Sequence record: OM718002.1
DNA length: 64,000 nt
Reading direction: 5' to 3' (one strand)
The translations under genes and the position numbers were made by a program. The notes beneath the pieces are model-generated. The model was not told the origin of the DNA. It made no database searches and was given only the letters and a program-made list of their open reading frames with translations. Positions 10,780-21,363 of this stretch are shown piece after piece (position 1 is the stretch's first letter; each line of letters starts with the position of its first letter).

Positions 10780-11163
10780 TTACTCATCTAGTAATACTAC
10801 TACACCAAACAGACCTTTCGTATCCATTGGTACTGTAATGAGCACATGTCCATCTGGATACTTTTCTTTAAAACTATTGATAAACTCGGTGCAATATTCA
10901 ATAACATATCCTTTAGTAGAATAATTCTCTAACTCAATATCTTCGTCAGGATCATCAAATGAGTCATGCCCATACATCAGCATATGGATATATATGTCAT
11001 TATTAAGCGTATCCATATAACTTAACTTACGTGATTCTTCAAATAAATCAAGTGGTGTTGGACAATCTGGATATATCATTCGTTTTGTATATTCACGAAG
11101 CAAATGTTGCGAATATACTTCTGATTCCTTAGATTTGAATACGATAAATACTCGTTTTTCCAT
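10780..11163 (-). CDS. Hypothetical protein (gp48-like by position)
   Basis: 127-aa ORF in a tandem block. Confidence 0.7.
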   Translation of the reverse strand: MEKRVFIVFKSKESEVYSQHLLREYTKRMIYPDCPTPLDLFEESRKLSYMDTLNNDIYIHMLMYGHDSFDDPDEDIELENYSTKGYVIEYCTEFINSFKEKYPDGHVLITVPMDTKGLFGVVVLLDE

Positions 11164-11235
11164 ATCGGTTCCTAGTAGGAAGCCTATGTGAACCGATAGG
11201 CTTTCCTATTTGCGTCAATTGTTAATATGTGTCAC

Positions 11236-11772
11236 TTAATCAACATCATTGTAACAGTCTATACCAAAGTCTTCACCTTCTAGGATATAACCCTGATTAT
11301 GTTGATCAACTGAGATTGATTGGATTCTTTCTACACTATATCCATTCTGATAGAGATAAGCTATTTCAGATTGTAGTTTACTAGCCAGTGTTCTACACAC
11401 AGCTGCAAACCACATATTAAGAACACTCAATGCATATTTATCTTGCATAATCACAGGTGCTACCGATGGAAAGTATTCTTGTAAATAATAGTCAACCCCT
11501 ATAATTGGTTGAGTAGGCTGTTGTGCTAGAAATTCAATATATGCATTAATCGCCTGATACCATAACTGTTCTATAGACTGGTGTTCAGTATATGGGTGAG
11601 GGGTATTGTAAGACTTATTGACAACTACATCAGCCATTTTATTAACGATGGGCCAGATATCACTGATGTTAACAACTACGAAACTCGTCAGTCCTTGTTG
11701 GTCTGGAGTTATGTTATTAGCATCATTTATCCGCTGCATTTCTTGTTGTCTATAAAGAAGTGGATGCATCAT
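11236..11772 (-). CDS. Hypothetical protein (gp47-like by position)
   Basis: 178 aa; ATGA overlap with the upstream gene. Confidence 0.7.
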   Translation of the reverse strand: MMHPLLYRQQEMQRINDANNITPDQQGLTSFVVVNISDIWPIVNKMADVVVNKSYNTPHPYTEHQSIEQLWYQAINAYIEFLAQQPTQPIIGVDYYLQEYFPSVAPVIMQDKYALSVLNMWFAAVCRTLASKLQSEIAYLYQNGYSVERIQSISVDQHNQGYILEGEDFGIDCYNDVD

Positions 11773-12203
11773 GTTTGAGACCTCATAACTAATTTAGTTA
11801 CCATCTTATATTTATCTACTTCTATACATTTAAGACTAGTAATAAGATTACCTGTTTGAATAACTTGTTTTTGGATTATCTCTAGGAAATCAGTTCCAAA
11901 TAAATCCAATACCCTTTCGATAATCTCAGCAGATCTTAAGTGCCAATTAATAGTATTAGGATTTCCCTGATGATCAAATACCATCATGCTCATCGGTCTA
12001 TCTGGTTCTATATAGGTATCGCTTAAGTAATCTTCTAACCATTGCTCTAAAAAGGTAGGCCAATCTAACCTCTGCCAGTGGTTAAAGTATTCTACATATG
12101 CTGCTAGAAGTCTATTAATACACCACAGTACAAAATCAGTCGGCTCATCTACACCTAGCTCTTCCGTAAAAGAACGCGGTTTCAAAATTAGCAACAATTG
12201 CAT
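11769..12203 (-). CDS. Hypothetical protein
   Basis: 144 aa; SD GGAG. Confidence 0.75.
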   Translation of the reverse strand: MQLLLILKPRSFTEELGVDEPTDFVLWCINRLLAAYVEYFNHWQRLDWPTFLEQWLEDYLSDTYIEPDRPMSMMVFDHQGNPNTINWHLRSAEIIERVLDLFGTDFLEIIQKQVIQTGNLITSLKCIEVDKYKMVTKLVMRSQT

Positions 12204-12660
12204 ATTGACTCCACTCTTTACCAGAGACTATAGTTAATAGAACAACTTTGTTATCTATTACTCTAATGAACTTATAGTCTATTAAATTCTTCGGTGTTCT
12301 ATGTAATAATTGGATTCCAGTTGTATAGAACAAATTAATGAACTCATCCCAATCTGGACCATTTCCTAGTTGTATTGGTATATCCACAAAAGGAATAATC
12401 GTATTATCTTGTTGTAATTTAGACATCACCTTAACAACCCATTGAGCTAATAAGGTGATGACAGTAGCTTCATCTTTATTTGTTAGGTAAGTAAATTTCT
12501 TTATCAATGTGATTAATTGTGGGAATACCACTTCGATTGGCAATGCATATACCAGACGTTGTACTTCCTCCGATGTACAATCCATCTCGTGCTTCAGTTT
12601 CATACCACAGTTCCTTAGTATTTGTTGGAATGAGGTGCATAATCTGATCTGCACCTTCAT
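12145..12660 (-). CDS. Hypothetical protein (true start probably 12585 or later)
   Basis: The ORF overlaps both neighbours. Confidence 0.6.
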   Translation of the reverse strand: MKVQIRLCTSFQQILRNCGMKLKHEMDCTSEEVQRLVYALPIEVVFPQLITLIKKFTYLTNKDEATVITLLAQWVVKVMSKLQQDNTIIPFVDIPIQLGNGPDWDEFINLFYTTGIQLLHRTPKNLIDYKFIRVIDNKVVLLTIVSGKEWSQYAIVANFETAFFYGRARCR

Positions 12661-12928
12661 CGAGAAGTTCTATCAGTTTATGCATGAAATGAATGTCTTT
12701 AGCATATTCATAGAACATTTCTTCTTTAACAACCATTTGCATAAGCTTCTGTTCTGCCAATGCGACAAGCAAATGCATTGCTTCGATATAACTAATATCT
12801 AAAAAGTCCAATACAAATCTTAGATAGTTATCATCTTTAATAAGTTTACTTTTAGTCGCTCTTAGTAAAAAACGAGGTTGTGGTGTGGGTAATGGTGACG
12901 TATAGATCTTCTGGTTTCTCAGTATCAT
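12476..12928 (-). CDS. Hypothetical protein
   Basis: 150-aa ORF in an overlapping block. Confidence 0.65.
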   Translation of the reverse strand: MILRNQKIYTSPLPTPQPRFLLRATKSKLIKDDNYLRFVLDFLDISYIEAMHLLVALAEQKLMQMVVKEEMFYEYAKDIHFMHKLIELLDEGADQIMHLIPTNTKELWYETEARDGLYIGGSTTSGICIANRSGIPTINHIDKEIYLPNK

Positions 12929-13241
12929 AAATAACCCTATTTAACTGGATGTTACCAGCTGATGGTAGAACTACCCGGTTAGAACAATTATACAGATAAG
13001 TTGTTAAATTAATATCACAAATATCCCTATAACCCAGCATCTGATTAATTAGTTCTATGACATCATTAGATGTGCTACCCGATGCCCTCTCAGACGCTGC
13101 TGCCAATACAATTGTTAATGCATATTCTGCACCAATACTATTTTTTATAGATTTCCAAATATCAGAATGTTGATCTTGTACAAAAGATCTTACTTCCATT
13201 CTGATACACATTGATGTGTCTTTATCATTAGATATGTTCAT
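12852..13241 (-). CDS. Hypothetical protein
   Basis: 129-aa ORF. Confidence 0.6.
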   Translation of the reverse strand: MNISNDKDTSMCIRMEVRSFVQDQHSDIWKSIKNSIGAEYALTIVLAAASERASGSTSNDVIELINQMLGYRDICDINLTTYLYNCSNRVVLPSAGNIQLNRVIYDTEKPEDLYVTITHTTTSFFTKSD

Positions 13242-13290
13242 TATAAAAACCTTATAATCGGTATAAAGCCCCCCATAAGGAGGGCTTTAT

Positions 13291-14364
13291 TTAGTATAGA
13301 TTATTTTCTAAAATGTATCGCTCAGCTTGCGCTCGCTGATCATCAGGTAAATAATCACCACGTTGATATTCAAATACTAATTTCTCAATAGGATAAGTTG
13401 CATTCTTATTCTTGTATACAGAAATTACATAGCTATGATACTCTAGTTCATACTTAACGTCATGCTCAATTCTGGTTGAAAAATATGCCATGTTAATAGA
13501 ACTAACTAGAGGGCTAATATATTTCTCTTCAAATAGTAATAAATTATCAAGTCCTAAACTTGCAAAGAAATCATGGTTAACCTTAGGTATTAGATAAGAT
13601 ACTTTAATATTACTATATTGTTTAACAATTACACCAATAAGTAATGCAGTTAACTGTTCTTGAATATATTCTACTGCGATGTTATATGCATGGTTAGTGG
13701 TGATGTGGTCTTTATTTAAAGTATAGCTACCACCATTAGCAAGAGATAGCTGAGTTTTACGCCTAGATTCGTAGATACTATAACCTAATGTTTGTAAATT
13801 AATTCTGTCAAAGCCATGGAAGAATGTACGGAGAAATTCACTAAATAAATAGTTTAATGGGTTCAGTAGGTTAAGTGATACCACTGCATGATCATCACCA
13901 TTATCAATCCCATGGACACGATCATATTCCGCGATACGATAATCTTTGCCACTGATTAAAGTTATAACTGAACCAGCTTTAACTACATCCCATTGGATCC
14001 ATGTACCGCTATCGATATATTTAGCTACTTGTTTATAGATATCTAGATAGATAGTTTCTAGATAAGGTAGTTTCATTAGATTTTCTACCCAAGCAACTTT
14101 ATTACTATCTACGTCAGTTACAGCACAATTAAAAATAGCTGCTGCCATCTTAAGATTGGTGTACTGGTCTTTGGCTGTTTTATATGAAACTAAACTCTCT
14201 ACTATATTTTCAACCATTAGATGTAAAAACTGTTGAGCCACATCTTTACTCAATTTCACCCCAATCGCTTCATCAATTGAAGCTGAAGCTGTAAGCTGAC
14301 CTAGTAAATCGTATATTGCTTTTTCTTGGTGGCGCGTATCAAGTACAATGAGCTTATTCGACAT
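13291..14364 (-). CDS. Conserved hypothetical protein (357 aa)
   Basis: Long ORF; SD GGAG; terminator at about 13265-13290. Confidence 0.8.
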   Translation of the reverse strand: MSNKLIVLDTRHQEKAIYDLLGQLTASASIDEAIGVKLSKDVAQQFLHLMVENIVESLVSYKTAKDQYTNLKMAAAIFNCAVTDVDSNKVAWVENLMKLPYLETIYLDIYKQVAKYIDSGTWIQWDVVKAGSVITLISGKDYRIAEYDRVHGIDNGDDHAVVSLNLLNPLNYLFSEFLRTFFHGFDRINLQTLGYSIYESRRKTQLSLANGGSYTLNKDHITTNHAYNIAVEYIQEQLTALLIGVIVKQYSNIKVSYLIPKVNHDFFASLGLDNLLLFEEKYISPLVSSINMAYFSTRIEHDVKYELEYHSYVISVYKNKNATYPIEKLVFEYQRGDYLPDDQRAQAERYILENNLY

Positions 14365-14377
14365 TATATTTCTCCAA

Positions 14378-14806
14378 TTAATTTTTTGGAATAGCGATCC
14401 AAACTGTGTTCTTTAACCGATAAAATATTACAAACTTACCTGCATTTACTCTAGGTATAATTTTTAATATATCCCAAAGATCAGATGCGGCCTCATGATT
14501 ATCATGAAACCATTGGATTTCTTGAGGGGTGTTATTTATTGGATTATATCCAGTAGTATACATGAATTCAAAAGAGTCAATAGAATATTTAAAGAAGTCA
14601 TCAATTAAGCTGTCCTCTACTGATTTAAATATATGCTCTAATGTACCATAGTCATCTGGATGTATTCCAAAGCTTTGGCACCTAATTGCTAAACGAGCAT
14701 TTATTAGCTCTTTTGGCGATCTTGGTACTAACTTGGCTATCACCCTCGTTACATCTATTACATACAGGTCAGCTACTTGGGGAGTAGTCACAGTACAATC
14801 TCTCAT
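14378..14806 (-). CDS. Hypothetical protein
   Basis: 142-aa ORF. Confidence 0.7.
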   Translation of the reverse strand: MRDCTVTTPQVADLYVIDVTRVIAKLVPRSPKELINARLAIRCQSFGIHPDDYGTLEHIFKSVEDSLIDDFFKYSIDSFEFMYTTGYNPINNTPQEIQWFHDNHEAASDLWDILKIIPRVNAGKFVIFYRLKNTVWIAIPKN

Positions 14807-14933
14807 TAAATGTTCAGGAACATGATATAGATCTAAAAATATTTTTAGTCAAATCTGTTCGTGGTAAGCCGATGTATATTATACCTTAGTTGGGTATTAT
14901 CTCCATCGAAAAAACGCGTACAGCGCATTATAG

Positions 14934-15743
<810 letters not shown>

Positions 15744-15853
15744 AAAAAAAATAAAAAAAAAGACATAATGCCCTCCCATTGCGGGAGGGCTTATGCCATT
15801 AAGATAATATCTAAATAACACTATATTTAAAAACATACTGGTATAACCCATCA

Positions 15854-16081
15854 TCAATTAATACTGTTGAGAATCTTTTTGATGAGATCACCAGGTGCAA
15901 TACCAATACCTGAACAATACCGTCTAAAGTTATTACACGGTTGACATGCTTTCTTTTCAACGATATTTAATTCAAAGCAAATATTGCCACGTGAATCTAG
16001 AATGGATATAAATGCTTTGTTACCTGTTACGCGATATGTCTTACCGAATACAACAGTTGTTTTATATGCAAGGCTATTCAT
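15854..16081 (-). CDS. Small hypothetical early protein (75 aa from the Met at 16081)
   Basis: SD AAAGGA before ATG 16081; early promoter TATATTAC at 16116-16123 lies inside the longer ORF call. Confidence 0.6.
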   Translation of the reverse strand: MNSLAYKTTVVFGKTYRVTGNKAFISILDSRGNICFELNIVEKKACQPCNNFRRYCSGIGIAPGDLIKKILNSIN

Positions 16082-16148
16082 GATTATTCCTTTAACATGG
16101 ATTATTATCATGTTTGTAATATAGCCTTTAAATGTATTTAAATATTTA

Positions 16149-16436
16149 TTAAACCCCATAGCGATGAGCTATATATGTTTTTAATACCTCATATGCCTTA
16201 TCAGTTGCCATGGAACTATTGACAAAATCAGAATGATCAATCTTAATAATCTTACCGAATGAATCATAATCGATAGTTGTAACTGCTATTCGATCACTAT
16301 CACGGATCAATAGTTTATTTTTATTTAAAACAAAAATATTCCATTTCTCGCCATCGGCTAAAATAACATCCTCATCTTTAAGATTAAGACGAACAAACTG
16401 TTTTACATAAATACTTAACTGAGCAACTGTTGACAT
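16149..16436 (-). CDS. Hypothetical protein
   Basis: 95-aa ORF in an operon. Confidence 0.65.
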   Translation of the reverse strand: MSTVAQLSIYVKQFVRLNLKDEDVILADGEKWNIFVLNKNKLLIRDSDRIAVTTIDYDSFGKIIKIDHSDFVNSSMATDKAYEVLKTYIAHRYGV

Positions 16437-16747
16437 AATGATTTCTCGATATCTGTTAATGAAATAATCATATCTTGGACATTGATGGTAATAACATTTT
16501 TATAAGTTAAATAAGTTGGATATGAACCCATAAATGTAATAGTCCCACAGATATGATTTTTATATCTAATATCAACACATCCGTCATATCTCCAGATAAA
16601 ATCAAATGATCCTTTAGTGTGGTGTTCAAGTGAAAGAATAGAACCACTAACTAATTTAGGATATTGTTCAAATTCAGACATTACATAATCTGCCAGTTCC
16701 TTAACCTCAGGATAATCAATCAATAATAGCATATACGTAAATCTCAA
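16415..16747 (-). CDS. Hypothetical protein
   Basis: 110 aa; start overlaps the upstream stop. Confidence 0.65.
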   Translation of the reverse strand: MRFTYMLLLIDYPEVKELADYVMSEFEQYPKLVSGSILSLEHHTKGSFDFIWRYDGCVDIRYKNHICGTITFMGSYPTYLTYKNVITINVQDMIISLTDIEKSLCQQLLS

Positions 16748-17217
16748 TTAGTTAATATAACACCCCATCCAGGGTGGACTCTTTCGAAAAATGGTAATGT
16801 ATTATTTCGTATACTGTCTGCATCAATATTTGGAATGTGGATGGTACAACAGTGGGGGTTACTGTCAATCTTGAAATAGAAATTATCTTTTAAATCTTCA
16901 ACCTTGGATGTTTGTAATGGATATAAAATACCATTCCCCCAAACATACCAACGTCTATACAGCTTATCGTTTAACCGCTTCTCAATAACCGAATGCGATT
17001 TGAAACGAGGAACTCGCAAACGCATCCCGTTTACTTCAGCCCATTTGTCTACCCGATCATAGCTAATAATTCCATCCTTAACCATTACAAAGATAAATCC
17101 CTCAACTATGTTGGGGAGACGAACTACGTGTTTCAGAACCATAGTAAACGGAGATAACGTCAGATCAAGTTCAGCTGCCATTTGCTCGTCGAGCTTTTTA
17201 GCAGTGTTCTTTGCCAT
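16744..17217 (-). CDS. Hypothetical protein
   Basis: 157 aa; SD AGGAG. Confidence 0.7.
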   Translation of the reverse strand: MAKNTAKKLDEQMAAELDLTLSPFTMVLKHVVRLPNIVEGFIFVMVKDGIISYDRVDKWAEVNGMRLRVPRFKSHSVIEKRLNDKLYRRWYVWGNGILYPLQTSKVEDLKDNFYFKIDSNPHCCTIHIPNIDADSIRNNTLPFFERVHPGWGVILTN

Positions 17218-17256
17218 CGGTTATCTCCTAATATACAGATTATTAATTATCGCTAG

Positions 17257-17739
17257 TTATTTAATATCTGCAAAATTCTGATTTACTTTACCCATAAAAA
17301 TACCATCGGCTCTATCGTCATAATAAAGCTTCCCTGCTTTAGCATTACATAAAACTCCATAAATGTGACCATTGTAACCATCAAAATTAAATAAAGATGG
17401 ATTATGCGGTACATGAATGAATCCCATTTTATCGCACAGAAACTTAGCTACAGCAGCCGATCGGCTAATACCTGCCTCACAGTGTACGAATAGGTGTTGA
17501 CCCTTACCAAGAGCTTCACAGAAGGAAATAATACGTTGTGCATGCCGATGATCAAATAGATCATAAGAAGAATCAACATAATCCTCAATGTCATCAACAT
17601 TGATACGTAAATAATTAAGATGTTTTGCTGAATAAAGTGGGACTCTACCTTTCTCCAGTAGACAGATCATATTTCTAGGGGAATAAAATGATTCAGCTAC
17701 ATGCAAAGGAATATAAGTAACTGTATTTACTGGCTTCAT
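17257..17739 (-). CDS. Cys-based PTP/dual-specificity phosphatase (CX5R)
   Basis: FVHCEAGISRSAAV P-loop. Confidence 0.85.
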   Translation of the reverse strand: MKPVNTVTYIPLHVAESFYSPRNMICLLEKGRVPLYSAKHLNYLRINVDDIEDYVDSSYDLFDHRHAQRIISFCEALGKGQHLFVHCEAGISRSAAVAKFLCDKMGFIHVPHNPSLFNFDGYNGHIYGVLCNAKAGKLYYDDRADGIFMGKVNQNFADIK

Positions 17740-17793
17740 ATTACACCTCGTTACAAAAAAAATAAAAGGAGCCCCGAAGGGCTCCAGTATAGG

Positions 17794-18777
17794 TTAATCG
17801 AATACAAGACCACTACTAGTTGCTTGGTCATCCACATCTAGAGTAGACTGACGCTTACGCATATTAGCTTTGGCTCGATTCATCATTTCACGACGTTCTT
17901 CTAATCGTTTACGAATATCTTCAACAGATAGACTAGTGATCACAAAATGCATTTGATCGAAATCATATTTCTCGGGATCAGCATAACCAGTGGTACGAGT
18001 TAAAACAGTGTTAATGGATACTTCGCGATCAGGGTCAGTGTATAGCGAAGCAATAGAAATTGGGTCCAGAATAGCCTGGGCTTCTTGACGATCAAAACAC
18101 ACGTGTAATTGGACAGTCTGTACAGGTACATCATGGTGTTTATGGAAGTGTGCCCAGTTAGTGATATCCATTAGATCAAGACTTTGGTGTTCTTGATTAA
18201 ATAGAGTTACTAGTGCATCTAGTACTTCAAGAATGTTTTGGTTCACCATTGACTGCGGTACACCTTCAACATTCTCATGATAGTTAATAATCATCGGAAC
18301 TTTACTAACAGAGGAAACCCCTTCAAACGTCTTAAGGCTACCACTACTATTTCGAAGACTAATATCACTGTCGTAAGATCCAATGACCACACTTACAACT
18401 ACTTCACCTTGTTGTTGTAGATGACTGACAAGGGAAGGACCAATAGTTGAACCAGAAGCACCACCCATTGAATACACTACAATGTTAGCATCCCCTGCTG
18501 GGAAATGATGGGCAATGGCAGGAATGTGTGAAGAGATTAGTTCTGCGGCTGCCTTACGATCTTTACCCATACCGATAGCACGTTTACGTGCGGTCTGGTC
18601 AGCTAGCTTAGTATCCGCTTCAATAATGATCGTATTATCGTCAGTATTGTGTTTGTGTTTATTTTGTACACTGGTATCAATGTAGCAAACATCCTCATGA
18701 TAACCATGGAATAGTTCACCAATACGGAAACCAGCACCACCACAAAAGTAAATTCGAGTTTTTACTTTAGACATCAT
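17794..18777 (-). CDS. phuZ: PhuZ/TubZ tubulin, nucleus-positioning spindle (phiKZ gp39-like)
   Basis: CGGAG and SMGGASGST tubulin signature; C-terminal SSGLVFD; close to the recalled phiKZ sequence with a few substitutions. Confidence 0.96.
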   Translation of the reverse strand: MMSKVKTRIYFCGGAGFRIGELFHGYHEDVCYIDTSVQNKHKHNTDDNTIIIEADTKLADQTARKRAIGMGKDRKAAAELISSHIPAIAHHFPAGDANIVVYSMGGASGSTIGPSLVSHLQQQGEVVVSVVIGSYDSDISLRNSSGSLKTFEGVSSVSKVPMIINYHENVEGVPQSMVNQNILEVLDALVTLFNQEHQSLDLMDITNWAHFHKHHDVPVQTVQLHVCFDRQEAQAILDPISIASLYTDPDREVSINTVLTRTTGYADPEKYDFDQMHFVITSLSVEDIRKRLEERREMMNRAKANMRKRQSTLDVDDQATSSGLVFD

Positions 18778-18827
18778 TACACCTCATTGTGTTTAATATA
18801 AATTCATATACCAACTTGTAAATGGTA

Positions 18828-19340
18828 TCAGTGCTTAAAAGTAACGATCTCTTCATGAGTTCGTTCTTGATGAACAATTAATTCATTAACCACTTTACCA
18901 GTATCAGATTTAAATTCGATTACCATCTTATCTCGACACATGTATGTTTGCCAAGTACCACCAGACTTAACACAATCAATAATCATGTTAAGTACATTCT
19001 TAACTTCAATCTTACTAACTTTATAACGATAAACGTTTAGAAGTTCAGTAAGCCATTTCGTTTTTGGGATTTTGGCATTTTTACGTTCTTTTGAAATATC
19101 AAAAGGAATTAGTGCAATGATCTCACCATCTTTGTTGGTGAATTCAAATACCATTCCTTTTGAGTTAGCTAAAGGACGAATGTTATAATTACCTTTAACA
19201 CTGCATACTTCTTCAGATAACTTAACTAACCTATCTAGTTGAACATCAGATGCATGAATGTTATCTTCTTTAAATGCTTTCTTTAGTTCATCATGAGTTA
19301 GTGGAGTACGTACTAGAGTGTAATCTTTCTGTTCAGTCAT
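18828..19340 (-). CDS. Hypothetical protein with two internal repeats
   Basis: 170 aa; two similar helix-plus-beta-hairpin halves. Confidence 0.7.
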   Translation of the reverse strand: MTEQKDYTLVRTPLTHDELKKAFKEDNIHASDVQLDRLVKLSEEVCSVKGNYNIRPLANSKGMVFEFTNKDGEIIALIPFDISKERKNAKIPKTKWLTELLNVYRYKVSKIEVKNVLNMIIDCVKSGGTWQTYMCRDKMVIEFKSDTGKVVNELIVHQERTHEEIVTFKH

Positions 19341-19589
19341 TTTTCATTTTTTCCAATTTTTTCTATTTTCAAATTAAACGGTATTGGCTTTTTATAGCCA
19401 ATCCCTTATTACTAAAAGTAATAGATTCTCGAACTAAGGATGGGTTATACCCCTTCTCTAATAATAAGGAATATTATATGGGACCCCCCCAAAGGGTCCC
19501 CCCCCACATAATATACTATTTATATAATTTTCTTTTTAGAAGAAAAGAGATAAATAAGAGAAATACAGTCTATTAAAGTAATGAATTTC

Positions 19590-20411
19590 TCAAAAATTAA
19601 ATAGTACACCGCGCGTCCGTTGCGTCGGATTGGCCTGCCGGACGATGGTCCGGATGTGCGGTAATAGCGGGTTTTTCAAAAATACTTGCATCGCGGTTGA
19701 ATTGAGCGGTTGATTATAACGTGTGATCTTAATAGTAAATAGAACTTCTTCAACATCTGAATGACATCCTTCGAAACTAAAATATACTTCAGTCCGATCA
19801 ATAAACTGATACATTTCTACAGCTGGTTCAGCTGGATCTTTAAAGGCCAGCTTATTAGCGAAATAATCAGTATGGGCTAGAATTAATTCTTTTACATTAA
19901 TTGCATTCTTCTTATCAACAAGGAATTCAAACTCTTCAAGGTTATCTGTTTTGAAAATACCTTGATAAGATGACGACTCGATTAGTTCATCACTGATATC
20001 ATCAACATGAACGCCTGGCATAAATTCAATGACTGGTAGAATAAGCTTGTTACCTCCTACGCCGTCAGCGATATGAATTCCAATCACATTACCATCACTA
20101 ATGTATTCGTCATTACCGCAAATAACGGCACCAGCCGCTAGATATAAATTATCAACATATTTCAGATTATCGGCAATAATGCGAGATAGTACATATTCTC
20201 GCACCATGGCATCATCTGGACTTGACTGCGGTTTAAAAGTATAGTGGGTGTTATGACTACTCATGGTCGCACATGTAACAAAAACTGAAATATCTACTGG
20301 ATTAAATACCCAATGAACGGAGATATCCTCTAATTTATGTGGATGATGTAAACCATCTAGCTTAGATAGGGCTTGGAGTTGTTCTTCCCAGGTGATGTTA
20401 AATTGAGTCAT
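19590..20411 (-). CDS. dip: Dip, RNA degradosome (RNase E) inhibitor (phiKZ gp37-like)
   Basis: Recalled N-terminus MTQFNITWEEQLQALSKLDGLHHPHKLEDISVHW; position two genes from phuZ. Start taken at the MTQ Met. Confidence 0.8.
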   Translation of the reverse strand: MTQFNITWEEQLQALSKLDGLHHPHKLEDISVHWVFNPVDISVFVTCATMSSHNTHYTFKPQSSPDDAMVREYVLSRIIADNLKYVDNLYLAAGAVICGNDEYISDGNVIGIHIADGVGGNKLILPVIEFMPGVHVDDISDELIESSSYQGIFKTDNLEEFEFLVDKKNAINVKELILAHTDYFANKLAFKDPAEPAVEMYQFIDRTEVYFSFEGCHSDVEEVLFTIKITRYNQPLNSTAMQVFLKNPLLPHIRTIVRQANPTQRTRGVLFNF

Positions 20412-20447
20412 TTTTTCTAACCTCTTCATTTATTAAAAATAATACAC

Positions 20448-21260
20448 TTATTTTACTTTAGCAGTTGATACTTCACATACATTAACTAATTGTTCAAATA
20501 ACGGTTCATTATCTGGATCATTAACTAATTTTGATGTATTAATAATAATACCAGAATACAGCATATCATCTTCATCTCGATCACTTGTTTTGCTGGTTAC
20601 ACCTTCCCACTTCCATCCATAGTAAATTAAATCAAATGATGAACCAATGTTAAAGGTTGATTGAATAAATTTGCATGTACCATTTTCTTTTAACCAATCA
20701 GGCCTATATGGTTCATTTTTATAAAATTCATGCATGAGTACTTTAAAATCAGTTTTAATGTTTTCATGAATAATGCAATCAATAGAATTAAGAGCTTCAT
20801 CAAGAGCTGATTTAGACTCAATAATGATTTCTGATACATTGGCAGATTTTAGTGTAATCATGCCTAGTTCATCTGAGTGTGCTCTTCCGATTTGAAATAC
20901 ATTGAGCTTACCAATTGGTAAGGTGGCTTTTAATGGCAGATTAGTATAGTGAGATACATCGCTTTTATAACTGTCTTCATATGACTCAATTAAATTAAGC
21001 CATGCTCTTTCAATACGTGTATTCTCAAAATGCTGTTCTTCTTCTAGTAGTCTAGAAATTAGATGATTAATGTATTGAACATTATGGCCAGTACCTGTAA
21101 TTGAATTATATTTCGTATTACCGGTAATTCCCCATTTATTATTTTCTTTATTTATCCAACCGTAGATTACACTGTTTTTAGGATATTTATTTTTAAAATT
21201 ATCGTATATTTCTTTTAGATGTGGATTAGGGGTAAAACTAAAAGTAGTTGATTCAGTCAT
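20448..21260 (-). CDS. Hypothetical early protein
   Basis: 270 aa; TATATTAC at 21301-21308. Confidence 0.75.
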   Translation of the reverse strand: MTESTTFSFTPNPHLKEIYDNFKNKYPKNSVIYGWINKENNKWGITGNTKYNSITGTGHNVQYINHLISRLLEEEQHFENTRIERAWLNLIESYEDSYKSDVSHYTNLPLKATLPIGKLNVFQIGRAHSDELGMITLKSANVSEIIIESKSALDEALNSIDCIIHENIKTDFKVLMHEFYKNEPYRPDWLKENGTCKFIQSTFNIGSSFDLIYYGWKWEGVTSKTSDRDEDDMLYSGIIINTSKLVNDPDNEPLFEQLVNVCEVSTAKVK

Positions 21261-21363
21261 TATAGATACCTATTTGAATATTGTTTATTATTGCAAATAT
21301 GTAATATAGATCTTAAACTTTTTTTAACTCAGCATAAAGCCTCCCCTAGGGGAGGCAATATGT

